DNA of 64,000 nt from positions 62,001 through 126,000 of the forward strand of contig JAUCBJ010007204.1 of NCBI GenBank assembly GCA_032718475.1, written 5' to 3'. The DNA comes from Nemertoderma westbladi (taxonomy: Eukaryota; Animalia; Xenacoelomorpha). Positions 12,508 through 23,800 of the stretch are shown piece by piece. How positions within the stretch are numbered: position 1 is the first letter of the stretch; every line of letters begins with the position of its first letter. Both the position numbers and the translations under genes were made by a program. Under the pieces are notes generated by a model. The model was not told the DNA's origin and ran no database searches. It saw nothing but the letters and a program-made list of their open reading frames with translations.

Positions 12508-13572
12508 TTATTAGCAAGTCGTTAGACTTGATTACTGTAAGAAAAAAAAGCTACTGACTACTGACTACTGACTACTGGCTACTGACTACTGGCTACTGGC
12601 TACTGACCTAGAGCAAAAACGGCTCTAACGATTTTGATGAAATTTTGCATGGACCATGAAAATGGATTTCTAAGGGTACTTGTGAAATCGCGGTTTAAAT
12701 TGAAACATCTCAACTTGTTTTATTTCGAAAAATAGCCCCAAAACACTAAAATTGCCATAGGCGCAATGATAAAACACCAGCTGGCGCTCATGAAAAATGT
12801 ATAGAGATGGCCTGGTAATGCATTCAATAGGAAGGCCAACTAACAAAGAAGTACTTTCTCTGCCAAGTTTTATTATCACTCTACTATACAACCCAGACAG
12901 TAAACAAACATTAATTTGTTTAACTGGCTATTACAGTTTCAGCTGAATAACTCTTCCCAATGCATCCTTGCTATGTTAATTAATTGGCGTGCAAGCTAAA
13001 GGACTGTTAGTTAAACAGTGTGTTGGCTACACAGTGTATTGTACTATGCTCTCATCGCATTATTGTTTTATTTTGAAATCTTTGTGCCAACATTAAAACT
13101 GTGGAGGCTGTATGCTTATAAGGCTGAATATTTACTCAGCCTCAAAATGATTCTCCATAAGGCTAACATTATTGTTTGAAATATAAAAATCAAGAACAAA
13201 TAAAAAAAAATAAATAAAAAAATAAGAACGAATTTGTCTTATCACTTCTTGTGCGCAATTGTATTGAGTTCATGACAACTGCTGTTATTGTTATTAATCA
13301 ATTGACACCTCGACTCCTCTCTGACTACTCTATCCGATAGAACAAACTAATCATTTCGCTAACTGCTCTCTATCTTCTATAATCACAACAGCTTTTATAA
13401 TTCATTAGATGATTACAACATAATAATTATAGTTTGAAGTTGTCTAGAAAAATTTTCGTACATCACCGGGACTACCCTCACACTAATTGATTATCAGACA
13501 GAACAAAAAGCGTTTACTTGATTCGTACTGTCTCCTACGACTTGCTTCACGGGCCGCTAGGCCCGTCTCTAG
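12508..13572 (+). mobile_element. Helitron/Helentron-like non-autonomous element (HINE-like)
   Basis: 5' TTATT plus subterminal IR AGCAAGTCGT, 3' ACGACTTGCT, GC hairpin ACGGGCC-gcta-GGCCCGT, terminal CTAG, internal (CTACTG[A/G])n microsatellite. Flanked by a 34-bp direct duplication. Confidence 0.7.
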
Positions 13573-14599
13573 TGATAAATATAGCACAATTAAGTATATA
13601 GCTCCAAAATATCTCGGGAAACTATGTAGGTCAAGATCCAACAGACAAGTATTGCCACGACCTACGCTAATGTTCTTCCCCGAATTAAGAAACTCACATT
13701 TTATTCTTCATGTCGCTGACACAAACAACAAGGAAGTGTATTCTATTGATTCACTCCAACACTCTAACAATAAACCAACGGAAACCACAAAGAGAATATC
13801 ACATCTACTAACCCTAATTGACAACTGTGCACCAATGAGTGAATTTAAAACCTACAAGCAGAATAAATGGAAGTTGATCACAGGCCCCACCTTCGAAAAG
13901 CAGGACAATACATACGATTGTGGAATCTATGTATGTCTAGCTTCACTTGCAATAGCACAACATGAAAGGCAACTACCCCAGATCCACAAGCACAGTAATC
14001 TGGCTAGGAAATGGATTTCGGAATGTCTTGATAGTATTAAGTTAGTATCAACGGAATATGTTACAGTTAAAACATATGAACTAACAACAAATCAATACAA
14101 AGACAACCACAAAGAGAGTGATATGGAAAGCAGTGTTGATTTTCAAACATCAGAACAATTTATTGAATTTATCAAACAGAATAAGATGATACAAAACCCC
14201 AGAGATACATTTGCCAAAAAATTAACAGAACTTGGAACTGCAAGACTTACTTATTTGCAGAAGATGTTGTTCGACGATGTAAATGAAAAGATTGTTGGTA
14301 AACAATCAGGAATATCCATAACAATGATCAAACGTAGAAGTATTGACGAATTGGCTTCTGACGTCGCAGAATTTGCAATCGTATATGAAAGTAAGTCCCT
14401 AACAAATGCTTTCCGTAAACGGGTGAACGTTGGGTCAGTTGATTCGTTCGGGATCCTGCGATTATTAGAGCTTGTCACTGATCTACAACTCCAAATGAAA
14501 ACAATGCAACATGAACATCAAAAACTACAAACGAAGCTGGACACCCTAGAGAAAAACGATGAAAAAGACAAAGATCGAAACTCTCAAGAAACTCTACAT

Positions 14600-14823
14600 T
14601 AGGGTGGTCCTTATTTTGAAAGGTTGGAATTTATCATCTCTGACCCCCTCAAATGTTTCCATTTTGTCAAAAAATACGACATGCGAAATTTTAAGCATGT
14701 ACATCAAATATTAGAGGTAGCTCAAACACACTGAAGTTGAGTGTCTGGTCACCGATTGATCGCGCGCGAAGAATTTAATCGAGTTTGCTGATATGAAGGC
14801 TTCTGTTGGTCATACAGATACGG
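14600..14823. mobile_element. 224-bp insertion, probable DNA-transposon end fragment starting TAGGGTG
   Basis: CTACAT duplicated at 14594-14599 and 14824-14829. Removing the insert restores the ORF1 frame (ETLH-IHSN). Confidence 0.6.
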
Positions 14824-16072
14824 CTACATATTCATAGTAATACTAATCCTACATCTGAAGTTCCCAGAAAATCAACAGCAGGAAACAAGAAGCAGACAAA
14901 AAGTGGAAATAAAAAACGACATGAACAGATAAATCATCATACTAACAAAGCCAAAGTCCCAGGTATACTAATATCAGAACAAGTAGAAAAATTGGAACTT
15001 AAGCATAAAACCGAGTCACCAAAGCCAAACATTTTCAAATCGGCGAAAGAAAAACTAGTTCAGAACCAAAACATATACGAGTGTAGTCCAAATTGTGATA
15101 TGAATATGAACCGACATAAGGATATGAACCGACAACAGTCCCCTGCAATAGAAAAACCAGTATCAGTTGAAGCCATAATAGATGATAAACATACATGGCA
15201 AGTCCCAAAGAAAACTGGACCACCCAGCCCAGGTATCCCAAAAACATACCAAGAAACAAAATGTCGAAATAGATTTGAGTGTCTGGACCAAGAATCTCTA
15301 ATTGCTACTCTCATTCAGAAACAGTCCCAGTTCATAGAGAAGATGGAGAAAATTGCAAATAACTTAGAAGGAAAGCTCAAGTACAACAAACCCCTGAAGT
15401 CTTCCCAAGACAAAGAAACAATCATCATCTCGGGCCTTCCCCCAAATATCTCAGCAGAGACACTGAGAAATATATGCTTTAAACAAACAGGGACCTACCC
15501 TACAAATTGCTTAATCGCAAAGGATACTAAAAAGGCAGAAAGTACTGCTCACATTGATGTACAAAAGGAGGAAGTTGCAACCTATCTCTATTACAATATG
15601 TGGCCATGGAAGAATTTACAGATTGAAGTATTGCACTCAGTTAAAGATACAAACAAATTTGCTCAAAATTCTTCCGACACTATTAATCCAATGAAGCACA
15701 ACTTACCAGTCCTTGGTGAACGGCGCAGGGAATTAACAGAACATGTTTATAGCAGAACAAATTCTCAGAAATCACAGGAAATGCACAATTTTACTAGACA
15801 GAACAATAAAGACAGACTAAATCTTAATCAATTAGGAGTCAATTCCACCACTTCTACAATCCCAACATGTGGAACCACAAGTAATTCAAGGTATAGCAAC
15901 CTGCACCAGTATTACATGAATCCCATGCTGAAGAATTCACATATGCTGGAAAGAGACAAACTGACAACCTTCCCAAGAAGGCCACCGCTACTACCAACTC
16001 CAACAACTTACAGCTCACCTGGCACTTTACCAGCACGGAGACCACATCATATATTCTACAGTAGTTCTGCAA

Positions 16073-19000
16073 ATGAAACGAGACAACTACACGAAGGCAG
16101 GAACTATTGTTTTTAAGATAACTGGTACAAAAGAAATATACTTAGAAACTGAGACGAGAACATCAAAAAACCTTAATGTCTTAACTTACAACTGTACAGG
16201 ATATAAAAACAACCTAGAATATATACATTCTCTGATAACTGAAACAAATCCAACTATTCTAGCTCTTCAAGAGCACTGGCTTAGTCCACGTGAAGCACGG
16301 TTTTACTTCAGCAATGAAAATATACCAAATGGATACACCTGCTATTACACAGTAGCAAGCGAAATGTTAGAAGCAAAAAAACGGGTTAGGGGAGAGGGTG
16401 GGGTAGCACTTCTTATTGATAAAGATGTCAGTAGCTTCTGCTCACAGATAGACACGGGATCTGATAGAATTCTTGGAATCTCTATAAAGAAACTATATCA
16501 AAAAGAAATCACTGTTCTAGCTGTATATCTGCCATCAAATGGTGGAAATATATACGACAGAGAGAAATATCTTGCCTCCATAGCCACCTTAGCATCAATC
16601 ATTAAAGATTACAACAATTCATCAGACATCCTGATAATCGGCGACATAAATTGTAATCCATCTCTAATCAAGCAAACTCGACACCCACAAAAGAAAACAG
16701 ATACATTCCGAGACATATTCACAAGTACTATACTTAGCGAGTGCGATCTTGATCTCATAGACACCCAGCATGAGAATCAAAGTTTATCAACATACCAATT
16801 CCACGATAAAAGAGGGAACGTCATAAGATCATCAAGAATTGATCATATTGTGTCATCCGCTGGTCTAACCTGCTTTGTTGATTCCTACAGGGTTATAAAC
16901 AGAAGTACCTTAAACAAATCACATCATCTTCCTGTTTGCTGTGCGTTTTCTGTACCTATAACCAGAAAAGGAAATAGAGGCGAACAAAACCATGAAGAAC
17001 TCTGGAAAAGGAGGAAAAAAGTAAGGTTTTTATTCAACAGAGCCACAGAGCAACAAGTTAACAACTACAAAAAAGAAGTCACAGAGAACATTAAAACACT
17101 GGAAAAACGACTTACAGAGAACGAGTCCATAGAAAGCACTTTAGAGAAAGCGACCTCTCAACTTATTTCAACAGTATACAAAGGTGCCACCAAATACATC
17201 CCCTTGATTCGACCTAAACGGCACATAATGAAACAGCGCAGAAGAAGAACTACCCTTAAAGACCCTGCAGATACATATTGTAAGTTACACAACACAACAG
17301 AATTGTCTGCAGTTCAGAAACTTGAGTATCTCCAAGCTAGATCACAATTAGAACACAGTGAATATGTTCACCACATCACTGAATTATTATCTTCCAGTAA
17401 ATATAATAAAACTAAATTCTGGCGGAGCATTAAGAAAGAACAAAAGAAAGATGTTCCTGTATCAAATGCTGATGATTTATTTATGCATTATAAATCATTT
17501 TTCAATGGGAACAATACTGAAGATGAATGGACTGCAAGTGATACCACTCATGAATCTGCAGCAAACGACACAAAAATTAATATCACGCCAGGCCAAATCA
17601 AGGAGGCAGTTAAAAGTTTGCACAGAAATAAGGCAGCCGACGCGCATAGTCTTACCTCAGAACATCTGATATATGGTGACTCAGAAGAATTATATAATTT
17701 TCTTGCAGTCCTATATAACTCCATAAACAAGTCACACCACATGCCTACAACTTTATGTTTAACTCTCATTCTTCCCCACCTCAAACCAGGAAATAGAGAT
17801 ATACATACCAATGAGAATTACCGTGCTATCTCGGTGATGCCAATATTAACTAAAATATGGGAGATCCTAATAGTGAATGAAATAAAAAAGATCAGACTTA
17901 GTGATCTTCAAATGGGCTACAGAAGTGGACAAAGCACAGAGTTGCCATACATCCTAGCAAACAGATTAACAAAACATTTCAATTCCCATGGATCAAACGT
18001 GTATATTATATCCCTAGACCTTTCATCAGCTTTTGACACTGTATCTTACAAGACCCTCTTCGACAAATTGGAGAACACCAACATCGACAAATCAATCCTT
18101 CTAACTTTAGCATCTTATTACTACCAGTCAAAAGCATTTATAGCCCTGAATAACATTATATCCAGACAATCTATTGTGTTAAAGCAGGGAGTACGCCAGG
18201 GAGGGATCATCTCTGCATTCCTCTTTAATTTTTACATGCGAGACCTAGTCGAAGAACTCGAACAATCCGGGAAAGGACTGCACTTAAACAAAATATCATT
18301 TCCAATGCTGGCATATGCGGATGATTTAATTATTATGGCTAACCTCAAAAACGACGCACAGTTCTTGCTAACTACTTGTGAAAGTTATTTCAAAAAGCAC
18401 AACCTGAGATTAAATTTGAGAAAAACATGGTTTGTCACAAGCTACACGAAACTTGAGATCCCATCTGGAATGATTCCACGTAAAGATGAACAAGTGTACT
18501 TGGAGAGTGGCACTGCTATCATTCAATCGAATTTTATTTCTTTCTTGGGTCTTCCTCTACCAGCAGAAAACTGGAAGTTAAGAGACCATTACACCAAGCG
18601 CATATGGGGAAATCTGCACCAATTACAGAAGAATGGGTTTGGAGCTGACAGTGTTCCATTTGATATTACTAGACTAATATGGAATACGGTCTGCTTACCA
18701 TCAGCACTTTATGGATGTGCTTGCATTCCAAGTAACATTATAGAAGATATTAAAATAACCTGGTATAAAGCACTGAGAAGCATACTATCTGTCAAAAACT
18801 ATGTATCCAACCAAACAATAGATAGTACATTCCTCATTCCAAATTTCGAATTTCTTCTAAAGTCAGCAAGTCTTCGCTCTAATTACAGCGCATTCAATTC
18901 TAATACCAAGGGGATCTATCTCTCTTATTACTTCCTTTCTCACCACATAGCGGGAATATCGAAAGATTTAATGCTACAAGATTACAGCAGATACGCATTT

Positions 19001-19228
19001 CAACTTGGAATTCCATCGCTAGAAGCGCTCTCAATTAATCAATACAAAATTAAACAGATCATTTATCAGAAAAAACAGGAAGGAAAACACGACTTAATTA
19101 ACACACGTTTCAGCATTCACTTTGACGCACTATATATGCAGGTAGTTTTAAATAAACCCAAGTATAATTTCAACGTAAAACAAGACGTGTTAGTTGAATA
19201 TTTTCAACCCAGGTGGCAAATAGTTTAG
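16073..19228 (+). CDS. LINE ORF2, AP endonuclease plus reverse transcriptase (1051 aa, uninterrupted)
   Basis: LTYNCTG, LQEHWL, GDINC, RIDHI, SHHLP; NYRAISVM, DLSSAFD, GVRQGGIISAFLF, YADD. Confidence 0.92.
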   Translation: MKRDNYTKAGTIVFKITGTKEIYLETETRTSKNLNVLTYNCTGYKNNLEYIHSLITETNPTILALQEHWLSPREARFYFSNENIPNGYTCYYTVASEMLEAKKRVRGEGGVALLIDKDVSSFCSQIDTGSDRILGISIKKLYQKEITVLAVYLPSNGGNIYDREKYLASIATLASIIKDYNNSSDILIIGDINCNPSLIKQTRHPQKKTDTFRDIFTSTILSECDLDLIDTQHENQSLSTYQFHDKRGNVIRSSRIDHIVSSAGLTCFVDSYRVINRSTLNKSHHLPVCCAFSVPITRKGNRGEQNHEELWKRRKKVRFLFNRATEQQVNNYKKEVTENIKTLEKRLTENESIESTLEKATSQLISTVYKGATKYIPLIRPKRHIMKQRRRRTTLKDPADTYCKLHNTTELSAVQKLEYLQARSQLEHSEYVHHITELLSSSKYNKTKFWRSIKKEQKKDVPVSNADDLFMHYKSFFNGNNTEDEWTASDTTHESAANDTKINITPGQIKEAVKSLHRNKAADAHSLTSEHLIYGDSEELYNFLAVLYNSINKSHHMPTTLCLTLILPHLKPGNRDIHTNENYRAISVMPILTKIWEILIVNEIKKIRLSDLQMGYRSGQSTELPYILANRLTKHFNSHGSNVYIISLDLSSAFDTVSYKTLFDKLENTNIDKSILLTLASYYYQSKAFIALNNIISRQSIVLKQGVRQGGIISAFLFNFYMRDLVEELEQSGKGLHLNKISFPMLAYADDLIIMANLKNDAQFLLTTCESYFKKHNLRLNLRKTWFVTSYTKLEIPSGMIPRKDEQVYLESGTAIIQSNFISFLGLPLPAENWKLRDHYTKRIWGNLHQLQKNGFGADSVPFDITRLIWNTVCLPSALYGCACIPSNIIEDIKITWYKALRSILSVKNYVSNQTIDSTFLIPNFEFLLKSASLRSNYSAFNSNTKGIYLSYYFLSHHIAGISKDLMLQDYSRYAFQLGIPSLEALSINQYKIKQIIYQKKQEGKHDLINTRFSIHFDALYMQVVLNKPKYNFNVKQDVLVEYFQPRWQIV

Positions 19229-20826
19229 AAGCAACACATACACTGGTGTGGTACTTAGGAAAAACAATAATAGATTGTTTAGAATTCCGACCACGATCTT
19301 GGGACAAAAAATAATATATATTATATTCTGCAACCCTAAATATTTTAACGATCTTGGGACAAAATATATATTATATTGTGCAATCCTAAATATTTTATTC
19401 TATCGATAGAGCAAAGTATGTATAGTATAATATTCTGCTGTTTTATGTGTTTTGCAATATTTTATCGTCTATATATACCGGTCATGTTTTGTAATATTTA
19501 TAGTACCGGTCATGTGACGTTTTATATATTTGGTTTTAACATTTTAATTCAATTAAAGCCACCGGGGCCAAATCCGGGAATGAAATGAATGAAATGAAAA
19601 TACATACCGTTATAGTTAAATTAACCCCGGTACTACACGGGCTGCTTGGCGTAGGACAAGACTGGTGACTTTGTGCTCTGGTCACTCCAGCAGATGCCGT
19701 GGTTCTTTTAACTGTTCAAGTATATTTAACTACTGATTATTTGTTGTACCAGTACTTGTACCTAATTTAGGGTTTAGTGTACAGTGCTTTCCGAAAGTAA
19801 TTAGTGTGTAGGCAGTATATTTGTGTTGTAAAGTGGTTAATAGGCACGCTGGATCTGGTAGTCCGCGGTAATTAACTTCTAGGTAGGAACACTCCGTGAT
19901 ACATAACGTAGTACCTATAGCGATACGGTTATAGGTCGTCAGGCCGTGGTATTTTCCTATCTGGACAACGCAATATATTTACTACTACTTATTATTTCAA
20001 ATACCGTAGTACCCTGTCAGTTGTAATAACCAGAAATCTAACCCTTTGTTAGACTGGTTTGTAGACTTCCTGTAAAATTACCCTAAAAATTCGTACGTAA
20101 TATTTTTGTTGTGTTTAATTAGAGATTTAATCTCACCCGTATCGTAAGTAATTTGTAGTATTAAGTAACTTAGGTAAATTAGAATTATCTGTTTTAGTGT
20201 CCAATAAATAGCACTTCACTGAGAGCGCACAGCTTCTGTGTAGTGACCCCCCAGAAATAATAACATTTATTTCGAATATTGAAAAAACCCATTTTAAACG
20301 GGTATATATCTATTATAAATCAACTCAAACGATTTATAAATAGTAGGCCTGCCATACAACAACTAGGTCTCAAAATCAGTTGAACTACTGCTTAAATAAC
20401 GGTAACAAAGTAAGTTAAAGTAACCAAGTAACCCTAAAATATTCAGAAAATCAATTATTCTAAAATAATTGACATACCGGTATTTACCATAGGCTTATTA
20501 TATTTATTTCTATAAATTTGAGCTGAAATCATACCAGTATTCTGTAATTAATTCTAGTTCATAATTATACTTATATATACTATAAGTGTAAGCTGTATAC
20601 CGGTATTCACGATAGGCCTATTATATATTTATATATATTTGTGCTAAAATTATATACCGGTACTCTGTGACAAACCTAGTTTACAATACTTATATATATA
20701 TTATAAGCGCATACCGGTATTCTAATACTGCAATAAATTACCGGTACTAGGCCAACGGTCATACTGAATTACTAGACTTGCTTTAACTGTAACTATAGCA
20801 GTAAGCATTCAACTGTATAGCTAAAC

Positions 20827-23800
20827 ATGTCTGACACTCAGCAAAACCTGTCAGACAGCCTAATCGATACAACCATCTGTGACACAGATAGGAGTGTTGA
20901 GCGATTAAGAAAGGAGTTCAGCTCACCTCCTACTGAAAGAAAGGTCATCCCTCCAGTAGTAGTATCAGACCCTAAGCTAATCCAACACCGTAGGTCTATC
21001 ATCGGCACTCGGGCCCAAGTCAAACGGAACCAGGAAGCAGCTGTCCCACAGCAGCAACAGCCTAGTCAAGAAACTTGTCCCCAGTGATCAGATAGCTCCA
21101 GTAGTTCGGATACTGTCGAACTGACCCCCGAATGCGGATTGCAGATGACGGCTAAAGCCTACTCGGACCCCCTTCTCACCCTTCCTGCCGCAGTGCTAAC
21201 AACTATATTGATTGCGGTGGAGGAACATCAAGCAGATTGGGTGAGAAATAAGCGAGCGACCCAAGATAATTATGTGGGATACGCCAGGGAAGAATTGATG
21301 TCTATTGTCGAGTCACAATGGAACTTTCCCGGACCCGGACTCCCGTTAGATCTGTCCGAGGCTACTTGGGAAGATATACACAGGATGGGAGTGGCTAAAG
21401 ATACGATGGATCCAGCTGTTTGGAAGAGGTCGTGCAGGGATTCTTCGGCTCCTTAGAGCGATTGGAAGAACAACTGTTTCGACAACCCCAAGGACCTCAA
21501 GAGCAGGAAGAACTGCTATATCAAGTACGCGAAAGAACCCTACGCATTCGGCTAATCCTATCAGCTTTTGAGGAAACTTCCAAAAGAAGACAGGACACGT
21601 CGCTGCAGGTTGCTGTCAAAACTTGGTTCCAGCGGGTAGGTCTCCAAGTACAAGAAACAGACCAGTGGAAATCCCAGCTGTCTGAGAGACTAACCTATGA
21701 AGAACCAACCGATGCCACCCTTCCTCAAGTAGAAGGCGAAGAGACCGCAGAGAGACCACGAACGAGAGACGCTATAGACATTTATCTGTCCGACTATCAG
21801 CGATTCCTAGGAGACAAAGAGTTGAGGAGACGGCTGTCTGGACTTTCCCCTAATAGTGAAGGAACCCAACGTGTGTTAGACTCGATAGATGCTGAAATGT
21901 TAGCTGCTAACCAAGCAGAATTTGATGAAAAACTCCGCCTCGCTAGAGTTCAAGAAGAACAAATAAAGAAAAGACGGATAGAGGAACAAAAGGCGGCGGC
22001 TATGGCAGAAGCAGAAGTAGAAAGAAAGGCAGCAAAGGCAGTGGCAGTAGCAGAACGGAGAGCCTCTGAGCAGACTACCCAACTGGAGTTGGAAAATCTG
22101 CAAGAGACGCAAGACAACATAAATAAACAGTTAACTGCTAGTCAAATGCAGATGATGAGACGATCTACTCCCAAACGCCAGGGATACACATCATCGGAGG
22201 AAAGCGAAACCACCAATCCTGAAGGCGGAGGAAATAGATCTCGTCTAAGCAGGCGTAGAAAAACATCTCACCATCACAAATTGCCTGATTTGCCCCCAGC
22301 TGTTAAAAGACAGCTAGCTAGCACAGACTTAGGTAGTACGGAACCCATAGACCAAACTGTTCAGGTCAAAAGACTCCCTACAATAGTTGATGAGCCTGAA
22401 ATAATTAGGCCTGTCGTTCCCAAAGTCACTTCTGTGTTAGAGACCCCTGTACTTCCAGAGCTTAACTCTAAGTTCCCTTTACACAGTACTACACTGCCTG
22501 TACCCGGTAGAACAGCCAATGAGAATTTTCCTGTCCTGCAAGCTGAGAGAGAAATTAAAGATTTGTCTCCCGTCGTCCCATGTCAGCCTGCTACAATGTT
22601 GGCGACTCCCGCTTCGGCGGTCGAGTGGGTAGAGGAGGGACGGCGGGGGATGAATCTCCTGCTCGGACAGATGCAGGAGACTGTCTACCAACTTAAAGGA
22701 ACAGTAAGGGAAAGTAGGGCCGAATTGCAAGAAGTGCAGCAAAGTATCGCGCTAGAACGCGACAAATTAGTCAATATCCAAAAGGGAATACCAATACCCC
22801 CTGTAACATTGTGTCAACCTGTTAGGTCTGAAGTATTACATGCGCAAGGTGTGGAGCCTACACGCATCTATACTGCTAGTGAAGTAGAAACTCCTATAGC
22901 AAACCCTATTAAGGGTGATTATAGACCTGTTATTAATGATATTCCCTATAGACCTGATACTGATCCGAGAAATTTATATACCGATAATTCGATATTAAAT
23001 AACACGATGGCCCAAGAAAGCTTTACGCGGCAGATGGCTAGAACAGAAGCCCGCCAAGCGGTCAAAGTGGGAGAGATCGTCAAATTCAATGGAGATGAGA
23101 TGAAATGGTTATCTTTCAATGAATATTACAAAGACAGCATACAGAACTCTGTGCTATCTAACGGAGAGAAACTTAGGTTCCTCATCAAGTGCTTGGAAGG
23201 ACCTCCCAAGTTAATGGCGTTAAAGTTTATTGGACATCCAGAAGGATTAAGACAAGTATGGGATACATTAAACATCAGGTATGGTAACAAGGATAACATA
23301 GCTAAGTATTTGTATGCAAAATTAGTAGCCCCCCGACACTTCCTTAGTAGCGGGATTATAGAGTTTTCCGATGAGATTCAAGAGATCTGTAGACAATTGG
23401 AATTGTTAGGTAAGTCTCATGAATATCAGAGTTCAATGGTTATTGGAGCCGTAGTCTCTACTTTACCAAAGGGTGGAGTATGTACACGCTGGGACAAGAA
23501 AGTGTTGTACATGAATGAACAACAACGACGAAGTCCTACCATGGCTGATCTCATGTCCTTTTTAGATGGTGAGGTAAAACTACAACTCATCAAGCAGTCC
23601 AGAGAGAAAACATCAGAAAATAAGGTAAGTGAGAAACCCGCTTCTAGGAGAAGAATAACACCGGTGTGTTACACTGACGACGGCGAAAGCCAAGTTTCTC
23701 AAGAAGAGGACAGCGGGAAAGACACTGAGAGATCTTACTACGTTGATAAAACCCCAAAAGATGTAAGTAAATATAAGGCTCGAAACAACGATAGGAGAGA

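Larger units (their letters stand above)
11629..16116 (+). pseudogene. LINE ORF1 (>1000 aa after removing two insertions): ~20-aa repeats, Ulp1/C48 cysteine protease, coiled coil, RRM-like domain
   Basis: ORFs 11728.., 13487.. and 14806.. join in one frame after removing 1099 bp and 230 bp. Motifs LKPETWITNCIVDSFM, SHFILHVAD..YSIDSL, KQDNTYDCGIYVC. IIISGLPPN is RNP2-like. Confidence 0.8.
11628..19599 (+). mobile_element. 5'-truncated two-ORF non-LTR retrotransposon (APE-RT, RTEX/CR1-group-like) inserted in the BEL leader
   Basis: The empty site GTTATACATACCG is visible in copy B (~63370-63385, minus). ATAC duplication at 11624-11627 / 19600-19603. 3' tail of (TGAAA/TGAA)n. Confidence 0.9.

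Noticed and set aside
21085-21087. Programmed readthrough or frameshift in BEL gag
   Set aside because: Copy B has Arg here and is open through the ~21430 region, so these are copy-specific lesions.
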